Source: a virus
IMG/VR virus record: IMGVR_UViG_3300028840_003851
Reading direction: 5' to 3' (one strand)
Length of the DNA stretch: 64,000 nucleotides
Position 1 is the first letter of the stretch, and each line of letters opens with the position of its first letter. The translations under genes and the position numbers were made by a program. The notes beneath the pieces were generated by a model. That model did not search any database. It saw only the letters and a program-made list of their open reading frames with translations, and was not told where the DNA came from. Of the stretch, positions 8,935 to 17,377 are shown one piece after another.

Positions 8935-9132
8935 GGAGCTAAGGGGGCGAAAGCCATTGCCACCTCTGATAGCCTACGTAATCTCACCACTCTTGACCTG
9001 TGGGGCAACTACCTAGGAGCCGCAGGAATGAAAGCGTTGCTTCATTCCACCTTCCTCACAGACTCTGTGAAAGAGAAGGCAGTGGCTAGGCCCCTACGAG
9101 CGCAACAAGGACAACGGGCCGCTGCTGACTAA
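8935..9132 (+). pseudogene. Leucine-rich-repeat gene fragment
   Basis: Frame reads GAKGAKAIATSDSLRNLTTLDLWGNYLGAAGMKALLHS, a RI-like LRR, but begins after TGA with no in-frame start. Confidence 0.65.
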
Positions 9133-9182
9133 GGACCACATCCTACCGGATGAGATGGTTGAACGCGTGATAGGAGACAACA

Positions 9183-9503
9183 ATGAGTAGGGTAACAGAT
9201 GAGATGAAGAAGGAGCTGGTAGCAGTGCTCTCCAAGGAGCTGGCTGACAGCGCGCTTAACGAGGGAGCTTGTGCACTCCTTCTGGTGAGCATGGCTTCAC
9301 TGTGCTCCTACACAGTGAGCGTAAAAATAAGAGACCTTGCTGCAACCCTCGAAGAGGCTATAACCAACTTCGCGAGTAGAAAGGGTCTAGATGACTTTGA
9401 GAGGGTAGAGCTAGCCCTCGCAGTGTGCAATAGGTCGTCTTATCTGGCGATAAACGCCATTCTTAAGAAGGTGTACGAAGAGAACCGTAGGGCACTGAAC
9501 TAG
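9183..9503 (+). CDS. Hypothetical helical protein, paralog family A
   Basis: SD AGGAG; similarity to 8159..8491. Confidence 0.7.
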   Translation: MSRVTDEMKKELVAVLSKELADSALNEGACALLLVSMASLCSYTVSVKIRDLAATLEEAITNFASRKGLDDFERVELALAVCNRSSYLAINAILKKVYEENRRALN

Positions 9504-9512
9504 GAGGAAGAG

Positions 9513-9827
9513 ATGCCGAGTAAGAACGCTATGAGGATGGCTACGCACGTAACCATCGAGAAGACCCTTCTAGAGGCCACCCCGCCACAGCGTATGGTAG
9601 TACTGTTAAAGGTGCTGCTAGGATTTGCTTGTGTGCATGAAGGGATGTCCGAGGGGGGAGGGGAGGTAGAGGACCTGTCCTTGGAGCTGCTGGGGGCTAT
9701 TGTGGAAATGGCCAAGGACCATGACCTAGGTGAGGACGAGCTTACCTGGGCTGCCTTTGACGGCTGCTCAAGAGCGCTGTCTGAGGCTCTTAAGTCGAAG
9801 GTAGAGCAGCTAGAGGAGAAGCTCTAG
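9513..9827 (+). CDS. Hypothetical protein (possible distant family A member)
   Basis: SD AGGAGG; similar length and hydrophobic-helix/acidic-loop layout. Confidence 0.6.
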   Translation: MPSKNAMRMATHVTIEKTLLEATPPQRMVVLLKVLLGFACVHEGMSEGGGEVEDLSLELLGAIVEMAKDHDLGEDELTWAAFDGCSRALSEALKSKVEQLEEKL

Positions 9828-9861
9828 CGGTACCCCATGAAAGGGCGTCTGTAAACTCTGT

Positions 9862-9874
9862 ATAAGAGCGCTGG
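9862..9874 (+). promoter_or_regulatory. Putative phage promoter ATAAGA-N4-TG-R
   Basis: ATAAGA GCGC TG G, followed by a short leader with SD AGGAGG. Confidence 0.65.
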
Positions 9875-9897
9875 TGGGACACACCTAGGAGGCTACG

Positions 9898-10203
9898 ATG
9901 AACGTAGATGATGTCCTTCAGCGCATGTCCGCTAATGGGCTCACAGAGGCAGACATGGTGGAGGTTTTACTCCAGGACCCATCGCTGGTCTTGGAGCTTT
10001 TGCACGCGTACAAGGCAGAGCGTGTTCTGACAAGAACGTACAAGGAGAGCTGGGAGGAGGTGAAGACTGTTCTCCGCTCCCAGCGCCTTGAGGTACATGC
10101 TTTGCGCCAACAGCTTAAGCTTAAGGAAGGAGCAATAGAAGCCTACTACGGGCAGCTAAATCAGATGCTCGAAGAGGACATGCCCTCGTCATCTGGCTTT
10201 TAA
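9898..10203 (+). CDS. Hypothetical coiled-coil protein (101 aa)
   Basis: Strong SD; bounded by promoter motif and terminator. Confidence 0.7.
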   Translation: MNVDDVLQRMSANGLTEADMVEVLLQDPSLVLELLHAYKAERVLTRTYKESWEEVKTVLRSQRLEVHALRQQLKLKEGAIEAYYGQLNQMLEEDMPSSSGF

Positions 10204-10209
10204 TCTTAC

Positions 10210-10234
10210 GGGGGGCGTGCCCCCTTTTTTAGCT
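10210..10234 (+). terminator. Intrinsic terminator with TTAGCT tail
   Basis: GGGG-CGTG-CCCC-TTTTTTTAGCT. Confidence 0.7.
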
Positions 10235-10266
10235 TGAGAAACCACAATCAAAGAGGAGGTAAGTAC

Positions 10267-11049
10267 ATGACTAAAAGAGACGACGAGAAGCTGCAAGATG
10301 CCCTATACGCTGTAATGGATGACAGGAGCAGCCGGGATAAGTGGGAGAAGCTAGCTACTTTACTCCTACATAAGGGAGATAGGAGAGGAGAGGTTATAAG
10401 CCTCGCATACATGATGAAGGACATAACTGCCATGCTCGTGGGGCTAGAAAAGTCTCTTAGTAGAGAGGTACCCAAGGGCGTAGACACTGCAGAAACCCTT
10501 CACGGGTTTGTTACCTCCGCTACTGTGCATGTATCCTCCACCACGTGGCTACGTAAGGTCCTAGAACACCGTAGCATGGCTCTAGTAGAGTCACTAAGCG
10601 TACACTACTCCCCTAATAAGAAGCAAAGGGCTAACCCGGACCATCTCATGGATGCTGTAAAAGCTCTCAATGCTAGTAGACCCACTGTACTCACACTCGT
10701 GGATTGGGGTATAGGCAATAAGGAGATTATACAGCTGGCAGCACAAGCATGTCTAAGTCGGGTAGAGCACCTAAACATCGGACCCGGTAAGGTGAGCAAG
10801 CCGGGCGTAGAGGCGCTAGTACGCTCCCAACATCTAAGGAAGCTAGAGCAGCTAGACATGAGAGGCAACCCTATATCTAACGCAGACGCTCGCAGCGTAC
10901 TAGAGGCTAAAGGGCTTCTTAGCCTAGCCAGACTTGTAGCGTCTGGCAGGGGATGCAGTACCTTCGTACTCCATAAAAGTAACTACACTGAGGCTATGCT
11001 GGGTGGTCTACCATCCGCAGCGGAGACGGAGGAGTACAACGTCATATAG
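10267..11049 (+). CDS. TIGR02996-like N-terminal domain plus leucine-rich repeats
   Basis: SD GAGGAGGT; ALYAVMDD...WEKLATLLLHKGDRRGEVISL resembles the TIGR02996 motif; LRRs LSRVEHLNIGPGKVSKPGVEALVRSQHLRKLEQLDMRGNPI. Confidence 0.6.
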   Translation: MTKRDDEKLQDALYAVMDDRSSRDKWEKLATLLLHKGDRRGEVISLAYMMKDITAMLVGLEKSLSREVPKGVDTAETLHGFVTSATVHVSSTTWLRKVLEHRSMALVESLSVHYSPNKKQRANPDHLMDAVKALNASRPTVLTLVDWGIGNKEIIQLAAQACLSRVEHLNIGPGKVSKPGVEALVRSQHLRKLEQLDMRGNPISNADARSVLEAKGLLSLARLVASGRGCSTFVLHKSNYTEAMLGGLPSAAETEEYNVI

Positions 11050-11118
11050 GTGGAAGACTAGTAGCAATTCTAGTAGAAGAGACGTGGTTAAGCACATGCG
11101 CCTAATAAGGAGAGAACA

Positions 11119-11379
11119 ATGAGTTTTAAGAAGCGAAGGCCAGACTTCGGTGCCTACCTCCCTATCTTTGATAGTGCGGGAGAGCAAAAGTGGTTAGAGT
11201 GCGGAGCAGCGTGGGAGTCTAAGGAGGGCAGTATCTCAGTGAAGCTGGACACGTTTCCGGTACAGTACCTTTCTAAACCACCACAAGATAGAGTGAGCAT
11301 CGTGCTGCACCCTAAACGATACAGGGGTGAGCTAAAGTGCACGCAGAGCGACGAAGTAGAGCAAGAGATACCGTTCTAG
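11119..11379 (+). CDS. Small protein with SSB-like C-terminal IPF tail
   Basis: W..CGAAW..KEGSISVKLD..P core; ends DEVEQEIPF. Confidence 0.6.
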   Translation: MSFKKRRPDFGAYLPIFDSAGEQKWLECGAAWESKEGSISVKLDTFPVQYLSKPPQDRVSIVLHPKRYRGELKCTQSDEVEQEIPF

Positions 11380-11388
11380 GAGGTAAAG

Positions 11389-11634
11389 ATGAAGAAGAGA
11401 GTAACCGTAACGATAAGTGGTACGCCCAAGTCTGGTAAGTCAACCATCGCGCAGATGGTTGCGTCTATGCTGGTGGCAGAAGGGATAGCTGTAACCTTCT
11501 TCGACGACCAGGAGCCGGCCGAGCCCTTACCGCCTCCGCCGTACAAGATTACGACGATGGCGAAGGAGGGGAGCGTAATTGTGAACACGGTGCAGGAGAG
11601 TAGAAGAGCCCAGAGAGGTAGCGGAGGAGAGTGA
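11389..11634 (+). CDS. Very short P-loop protein
   Basis: TVTISGTPKSGKSTIA Walker A in an 81-aa ORF; SD AGGAGGT. Confidence 0.55.
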   Translation: MKKRVTVTISGTPKSGKSTIAQMVASMLVAEGIAVTFFDDQEPAEPLPPPPYKITTMAKEGSVIVNTVQESRRAQRGSGGE

Positions 11635-12740
11635 TGAGCACGTTGAAGTATATGCTGGAGGAGGTTCTAAAGAATAAGCGCGGGAGGGCATCTGTAGCCT
11701 GTCTGCTATTCGCTAACGTGGTGGAGGGCGAGGACTCGTTCCCGCCAGACAGCAGGGGAGACTCCGCCCATAGGGATGCCCCTCTCAACGAGTGCGACCT
11801 CACAGTTAAGGTCGTGCTATCAGCTAGCGGAGAGGAGCAGGATAGGTTCCTGTGCTTCCGCAAAGCAAGGGGAGACGAGATTGACCCCCTCGAGGTAGAG
11901 GGGGAGACAATTGAGCTGAGCATGCCCGAGCTTAGAAAGCTTCTAACCTCAAACGACGACCTTAGCAGCGCCCTAACCCGCACCCAGATACGGTGTAACG
12001 AGCTCCTTGAAGAGACACGCGCGCAGCGCAGACAGCTTAAAGAAGCTAGCTTCTCCTCTATGTACGGTACCTGTACTCCGCCAAGAATAGCTGGGTGTAA
12101 CGTCGGAGAGGAACCTTGCGCACACAAAGCTGCGTTCATGAAACGCGTGCTGCCCTACACTGTGGCAGCTAAGGACAGAGAGCTCTCAGAGGAGCTAATG
12201 TCCGACTTCGCCAACATGCTCACCTCTAACAAGGAGATTGCCAAGTCCATTCAGGATGAAGGCGAGGTAGACACGCTCGTAAGGTTCGCCAGAAACCTAG
12301 TACACAAGAATGAGGAGCTTAACCAGCGTGTCGCGCAGATGGAGGAGGACGCTGAAAGGCTGGTTAAGATGACGGAGGCGAGAGAAAGGAGGGAGGAGGT
12401 CGAGCGGCTTACGAAGGAGCTTGATGAGTACCAGGAGAGAGAGAAGGATGGTCCTGCATGTGACCATTGCGGCGTCCACTCACCCTCCCATCGGCTAATC
12501 TGCTACCCCTGCGCGAATAAGAAAACAAGGGAGGTAGAGGACCAGCTTAAGGAGAAGGTAGATGCGCTGTCACGCCTAACAGCTGGAAAGCTGGCGGCAG
12601 ACCAACGGCACGGTAACGAGGTGATAAAGCTCAGAGAGCGTATCGAGACCTTAAAGCAGGGTTTGCAGAGGTATAAAGACCTTCTCAAGAGTCATAGGGA
12701 GCTTGAGACCATGTGGGACAAGCTGTACCAGGCAGACTAG
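11631..12740 (+). CDS. Hypothetical coiled-coil protein with a Zn finger (369 aa)
   Basis: Heptad repeats; CDHC...CYPC; overlaps the previous stop. Confidence 0.7.
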   Translation: MMSTLKYMLEEVLKNKRGRASVACLLFANVVEGEDSFPPDSRGDSAHRDAPLNECDLTVKVVLSASGEEQDRFLCFRKARGDEIDPLEVEGETIELSMPELRKLLTSNDDLSSALTRTQIRCNELLEETRAQRRQLKEASFSSMYGTCTPPRIAGCNVGEEPCAHKAAFMKRVLPYTVAAKDRELSEELMSDFANMLTSNKEIAKSIQDEGEVDTLVRFARNLVHKNEELNQRVAQMEEDAERLVKMTEARERREEVERLTKELDEYQEREKDGPACDHCGVHSPSHRLICYPCANKKTREVEDQLKEKVDALSRLTAGKLAADQRHGNEVIKLRERIETLKQGLQRYKDLLKSHRELETMWDKLYQAD

Positions 12741-12797
12741 TTGGCATCTAGGGGGGAGTAGGGATACTCTACTCCCCTGCCTTTAGGAGCTAAAAGA

Positions 12798-13121
12798 ATG
12801 AGACAAGCCGAGGATACCGTGCTTCCGTACTGGGTGTGGGAGCTTAGACACAGGGCCCACACTGTGGAGACTCAGGTAGACTACATGAAGGAGATAGTCC
12901 TGACTAAGTACACCGCGTACGAGGGTTCCATGCCCGATGACATCCTAGACATCGTGGTAGAGGAGCTAGAAGTACAAGATGGCTCCGGCAACGCCGTGGT
13001 TGCCCTCCAGCTTAAAGGGTACTGCGCTCTATTCGCTTGGAAATGTGTACGCATCGTACAGGCGTACCTAGCCGGAGAGCTCACGAAGCTGCAAGCTTCA
13101 ACAGTTATCAGTCAGCTGTAA
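12798..13121 (+). CDS. Hypothetical protein (107 aa)
   Basis: SD AGGAG; preceded by hairpin GGGGAGTAG/CTACTCCCC (about 12752-12778). Confidence 0.65.
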   Translation: MRQAEDTVLPYWVWELRHRAHTVETQVDYMKEIVLTKYTAYEGSMPDDILDIVVEELEVQDGSGNAVVALQLKGYCALFAWKCVRIVQAYLAGELTKLQASTVISQL

Positions 13122-13130
13122 GGAGAGAGC

Positions 13131-13298
13131 ATGGAGGAGACGACCCTAGAGAAGAAGGATGTTGAGAGCGGTAACAAGCTTCTCAAGCACATAGAGCGGC
13201 AGAAGGCTAAAGCCGCCGCACGTAGAAACAAGGTAGCTAAGCTACGAAAGGAGAGGAAGAGAAGAAGGAGGAGGATAAAGAGAAACAATGGGCGGTAG
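13131..13298 (+). CDS. Small very basic protein (55 aa)
   Basis: SD AAGGAG; C-terminus KLRKERKRRRRRIKR. Confidence 0.5.
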   Translation: MEETTLEKKDVESGNKLLKHIERQKAKAAARRNKVAKLRKERKRRRRRIKRNNGR

Positions 13299-13509
13299 AG
13301 AGCAGCTAACGAAGGAGATTATAATAGACATAGCTGTAAGACATCTGACGCCAGAGGAGCTAGAATGGGTGGGTAGGGTGTTCAAAAACAACCCAAAGAA
13401 GGTGTACGCTGCTGCTCACCTAAAAGAAGGCGTCATAGGTGACGAAGCAGCTGTGGCAGAGTGGTTAAAGGAGCTGGCACAGTCAGCCCTCATGGGAGGA
13501 GACGCCTAG
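13288..13509 (+). CDS. Hypothetical protein (73 aa)
   Basis: Tandem ORF in the island. Confidence 0.6.
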   Translation: MGGREQLTKEIIIDIAVRHLTPEELEWVGRVFKNNPKKVYAAAHLKEGVIGDEAAVAEWLKELAQSALMGGDA

Positions 13510-13512
13510 AAA

Positions 13513-13998
13513 GTGAACAACATGGGATGTGAGGTTGATAAAGCTCTCGAGAGAATTACTCGCGAGGGAATGGTAAGAGACCCCGTAGATGAGGTAGCGC
13601 TGGATGCGCTGGATGAGCTGGGGGACGTGCTCTTAAACGAGTACCCGTTCATACGCTATGTATACGAAGTGAAAGGAAAGGAGAAGGTTACCAGCCACGT
13701 TCTAATAGGTACGCTGGCGGGCTACACAGAGTCAGGAAAGAAGGTCATGTCTGATGGGACCATCGCAGAGATGGTCTTCAAGAAGAGACGGGATGCGAAG
13801 CTTCTTGTAGACAAACGAGACGGATGGAGCCTTCGCATGTACGTCGTCCCATTCTCCCCGAACATGCGCATTCGATTCTGGATACATGTGGAGGAGCCAG
13901 GGTTCTATGGAGACCTTCAGGGCTCCCGAAAGTTCCTTGTCTCAGATGACAAGGAGGTAAGAGAGGTAACGAAGGAGGAGTACGAGAGGAGACGGTAA
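13513..13998 (+). CDS. Hypothetical protein (161 aa)
   Basis: Tandem ORF ending at the convergence with the minus-strand region. Confidence 0.65.
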   Translation: MNNMGCEVDKALERITREGMVRDPVDEVALDALDELGDVLLNEYPFIRYVYEVKGKEKVTSHVLIGTLAGYTESGKKVMSDGTIAEMVFKKRRDAKLLVDKRDGWSLRMYVVPFSPNMRIRFWIHVEEPGFYGDLQGSRKFLVSDDKEVREVTKEEYERRR

Positions 13999-14012
13999 AC
14001 AGGTAAGACGAG

Positions 14013-14702
14013 CTAAGGAGGGAAGGCGAGGGAGAGCACCTTGTCGTGGGTGTCCTTTATGGGGAATACCTCTGCGGCCTTGTCTCTCCCAAAGCGCAGC
14101 CTAACGTAGAAGTAGGCTACGTTCCTGACATTGTTTCGGGCCATGCTGAGGTAGCCGTACGCTACCTCAGTCTCCTTTACCATGTAGCTGCTAAGGGCCT
14201 TTACGCTCATGCTTTCTGCTAGCTCCAAAAACAGCTTCCACGGCTCCTTGTACCCCAGTCTGTCCAGCTGCTCCAGATGCTCCTCTCCAAGAGCGTAGAA
14301 CACCTTAGACCACTGCAGCATCTCCGCTACTGATGGGTTGCCAGGCATGTCCAGCTGCTCCTTAGCCCGTCGGTATAGGTCCCTGGCGTCATCATCACTG
14401 AGTATCAACGCAGGGACGTTTACTCCTAGGACATCCATGAGCCGCTTCAAGGTCCTCTCTGCACTTCTGCTAGCTACATGAGCCTGAAGAGCTACAGCAG
14501 CCACTGCAGGCAGGTCCCAGCGCCGCCCCATGGCCTCCTTAAGCACGGCCACGTCCTCGGCACGTATGGCTAGCCTGGCCCTTCCACCGCTACCCTGCCT
14601 TGCGCTTAGGATGCCCTCCCTTAGGTACTTGTAGACCGTTACACGGTCCACTCCAAGCTCCTTAGCTGCCTCCTCGGGGGTTAGAGTATCCTCGTCGTCC
14701 AT
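14013..14702 (-). CDS. Excisionase/MerR-like HTH (HTH_17-type) DNA-binding protein
   Basis: N-terminal LTPEEAAKELGVDRVTVYKYLREGILSA. Confidence 0.8.
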   Translation of the reverse strand: MDDEDTLTPEEAAKELGVDRVTVYKYLREGILSARQGSGGRARLAIRAEDVAVLKEAMGRRWDLPAVAAVALQAHVASRSAERTLKRLMDVLGVNVPALILSDDDARDLYRRAKEQLDMPGNPSVAEMLQWSKVFYALGEEHLEQLDRLGYKEPWKLFLELAESMSVKALSSYMVKETEVAYGYLSMARNNVRNVAYFYVRLRFGRDKAAEVFPIKDTHDKVLSLAFPP

Positions 14703-14709
14703 TTTTATT

Positions 14710-14750
14710 AGCTAAGAAAAAAGGGACCCGGTGTGCAACTACCGAGTCCC
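14710..14750 (-). terminator. Intrinsic terminator with TTAGCT tail
   Basis: Minus strand GGGACTCGGT-loop-ACCGGGTCCC-TTTTTTCTTAGCT. Confidence 0.8.
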
Positions 14751-14882
14751 CTGGCCTTCCGCACCGTGAGAGAACACCTACCGATACTGATTGAGGAGGT
14801 GACTACCTGCCCTTCCTATTAACGCCGCTGGCCCTGAGGCGAGAAGCTCGGCTTGAGCAGGTCCACCCAATGCTCCTCTACC

Positions 14883-15104
14883 TTACGCTCCTGTCATCTG
14901 AACTGCAAGCTTGTTGTACGCCTTTGGGCGTACATGCTCGACAACCCAGCAGAAGTGCTCGGCACGTTGGTCCAAGGTCTCGCTTAAGGGCGAGTCTATC
15001 ACCTTCTCCAGCTCCTTCCATGAGTCCCAAAGGCGTGCAGCCTTCGAGCACGTGAACTGTAGCCCATCCGTTGTCTCCCAAATCTCTACCACCATTACGC
15101 CCAC
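14883..15104 (-). CDS. Hypothetical protein (73 aa)
   Basis: SD GAAGGAG before GTG. Confidence 0.5.
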   Translation of the reverse strand: MGVMVVEIWETTDGLQFTCSKAARLWDSWKELEKVIDSPLSETLDQRAEHFCWVVEHVRPKAYNKLAVQMTGA

Positions 15105-15277
15105 TCCTTCGGCTTGAATCCGCCTCTACACAACCACTCATCCAGAGCCTGGAACTGCTCCGCTATCTCCAACGCACGTAGCTCTGAGTCCTCTAGCGTA
15201 GGGTCACCTTCCTCGTCTCCCTCTAACACCTGAGCACAGAGCTCTCTTAGGTTCGCCAATGCTGCCTCGGGGTCCAT
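15095..15277 (-). CDS. Hypothetical protein (about 60 aa)
   Basis: SD AAGGAG; MDPEAALANLR...ALDEWLCRGGFKP. Confidence 0.65.
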   Translation of the reverse strand: MDPEAALANLRELCAQVLEGDEEGDPTLEDSELRALEIAEQFQALDEWLCRGGFKPKEWA

Positions 15278-15386
15278 CACTATTCTCCTTCTACCTGCTC
15301 AGTACGCACCACCTCATAGTGAGGGTTCTTGTACTTCAGAAAAATGCTCATCGTCTCAATCAGGTCTTTCATGACCTGTACTCCTT

Positions 15387-15416
15387 AAAGAAAAGGGCGT
15401 GCCATCTGGCACGCCC
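15387..15416 (-). terminator. Intrinsic terminator
   Basis: GGGCGTGCCA/TGGCACGCCC stem then TTTTCTTT, running into SD AAGGAG. Confidence 0.75.
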
Positions 15417-15439
15417 TGCAGCATCAACAGCTCTGCAGC

Positions 15440-17311
15440 TTACGTCTTGTGAAGCTTCAAAACCGTAGCCTCTCGTAACCTCCCCAGCCTTGGGTACTTA
15501 TTCTCGTACCTGTCTAGAAGGGCGTCTACAGCTACATCTACCCCCTCTAGGTCATCGTACGTAAGGTACTCAATGCCTATTAGAATCCTCTTAGCATCCT
15601 CTCTGTCTGGGTAAGGTGCGCCGAACTCTGTCCCGTTCTTAGTCACAAGCCGCTCTACTGGACACTTGGGACACCCAATCTCGCACCAGTCGACCATAGC
15701 CTGCTCTACACTTTCAAGGTCCTCCACGTCGAACAGAACCTGGTCTACCGTATCTTGGCCGTTGCGCCTTACAGCGATGTTAGGGTTGTTCACGGTGTAC
15801 GTTCTGCATCGCGCCAGGCGAGCAAACGTGCCAAACCTTGACTCCGGAAACTTTGGGTTGGTCCACTTCTCCTCCTCCGCAATAGACGCTTTAGTTCTAT
15901 AGTATGTACCGTCCTTCCGTTCTCTAGACCCCTCAACAACAGCTAGCTTTGCACGTTTCTCTGCCATAGCAGAGTAGGCTGGTCCTACCCTTCCTCCCTC
16001 CTTGCACTCCAGGTACCTACTTCCAAAAGACGCTGTGCAGTAGATTCGTCTAGAGGACACCCGTAGATAGCACCCTCTCCACTTATGGTTCTCATCCTGT
16101 ATCTTTACCAGGTCCGGGTCATCTGTAACGCACTCTCTTTTGTCCGTGCCTGATACTTTCTCTAGTAGCTTCTCCTGGAACTTGGTTTTGAGCAGCTCAG
16201 TCTCAGCATCAAACACTCTCTGCCTCTCTCTGAGAGTCTGCTGCTTAGCCAGCTCGAGCTCTTTCTCCTCCTTAATAGCGAGCAGCTTCCTGTGGTGCTC
16301 GAGCTCCCCTTGAAGCTCTCGGTTCTTCTCTTGCTGCCGCTTGAGCTCTGCATTCTGCTCCTCCTCTGAGAAGCGGGGGTTGGCGGCTACTCCCTTGGAG
16401 AAATACGTGCGCACAACGTACGTAATCTCAGCCTTGATGCGCGCGATGTTGCCCCTTATCTCCTCCTTGACCTTGTTTGGGTTGATAGAGTTCAGCCAGT
16501 TAGGGATGTCTATGATGTGGATGATGGCGGTTGCTCGAGATATTCCATCTCGAGGATGGCGCAGAGGGGTATCCCACCGCGCCATCCAGCCTTCTTCTCG
16601 GATCTTCTCCATCTGGGTCGGACGATCGATACCTAGAGCCTCACAGACCGACCGCACAGATACTGCGCCCTGCACCTCATCGGGCTCATCAGCGAAGGGC
16701 TTGACCTGCACAGCCATGACGGTGATGCCGAAGAGGGTGATGGGCCGCAGGGTTGGGCAGTCCTCAAGCAGCTCAAACGAAGGCTTACCACCGGAGCTCT
16801 CCGATGGCCTGGATTCAGGCTCTCGGTACCGCGTCTCCCGATGGGCTGGATCCAGCCCGTCGGAGGAGCTCTGTCTTTGGGGCTCTGCGCTACTCTTCTC
16901 CGCAATCTTGGACCCACGCTTACGCCCCCTTGATACCTTGCGCGACGGGCGCTCTCTCAGGGGACGTCCAAACTCGTCCGTTGGTAATCCTATGTCTAAG
17001 AGACATGCCCTAGGATGCGCCGTACAGGCTGCCCACACCTCACCTGGGTCAATCCACAAGCGTTCGCAATCCCCCAGGAACGATATCTCGTTGTACGCCC
17101 AGCTGGCCCTGGCTCCGTACACACTGTTGCCCTCCTTGAGTAGGGGCGTCATGGCGTACATATCGTCCAGCACCTTCCTTGGTATCTGTGTCGCCTCTTC
17201 AACGTCACCAAGCGTGTATACCTTTCCATTGCGTGCTACGAGGTGCTTCAACGCCTTATAGATAAAGTCACGGTACTTGCGTGTGCTCTTCGGTCGGTAG
17301 TGCTCACTCAT
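15440..17311 (-). CDS. Large antirepressor-like protein (P22 Ant N-terminal-like domain)
   Basis: VSVRSVCEALGID...WLNSINPNKVKEEIR...YFSKGVAANPR pattern; SD AGGAG before ATG 17311. Confidence 0.7.
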   Translation of the reverse strand: MSEHYRPKSTRKYRDFIYKALKHLVARNGKVYTLGDVEEATQIPRKVLDDMYAMTPLLKEGNSVYGARASWAYNEISFLGDCERLWIDPGEVWAACTAHPRACLLDIGLPTDEFGRPLRERPSRKVSRGRKRGSKIAEKSSAEPQRQSSSDGLDPAHRETRYREPESRPSESSGGKPSFELLEDCPTLRPITLFGITVMAVQVKPFADEPDEVQGAVSVRSVCEALGIDRPTQMEKIREEGWMARWDTPLRHPRDGISRATAIIHIIDIPNWLNSINPNKVKEEIRGNIARIKAEITYVVRTYFSKGVAANPRFSEEEQNAELKRQQEKNRELQGELEHHRKLLAIKEEKELELAKQQTLRERQRVFDAETELLKTKFQEKLLEKVSGTDKRECVTDDPDLVKIQDENHKWRGCYLRVSSRRIYCTASFGSRYLECKEGGRVGPAYSAMAEKRAKLAVVEGSRERKDGTYYRTKASIAEEEKWTNPKFPESRFGTFARLARCRTYTVNNPNIAVRRNGQDTVDQVLFDVEDLESVEQAMVDWCEIGCPKCPVERLVTKNGTEFGAPYPDREDAKRILIGIEYLTYDDLEGVDVAVDALLDRYENKYPRLGRLREATVLKLHKT

Positions 17312-17377
17312 TCTCTTCTCCTGTCCATGTGTATAGTACCACTGACCCCCCAATCAGTGGTAGTAGATTTATCCGTC

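Noticed and set aside
15280-15372. 30-aa ORF MKDLIETMSIFLKYKNPHYEVVRTEQVEGE with a strong SD
   Set aside because: Probably translated or a truncated relic, but too short to assign or to argue novelty.
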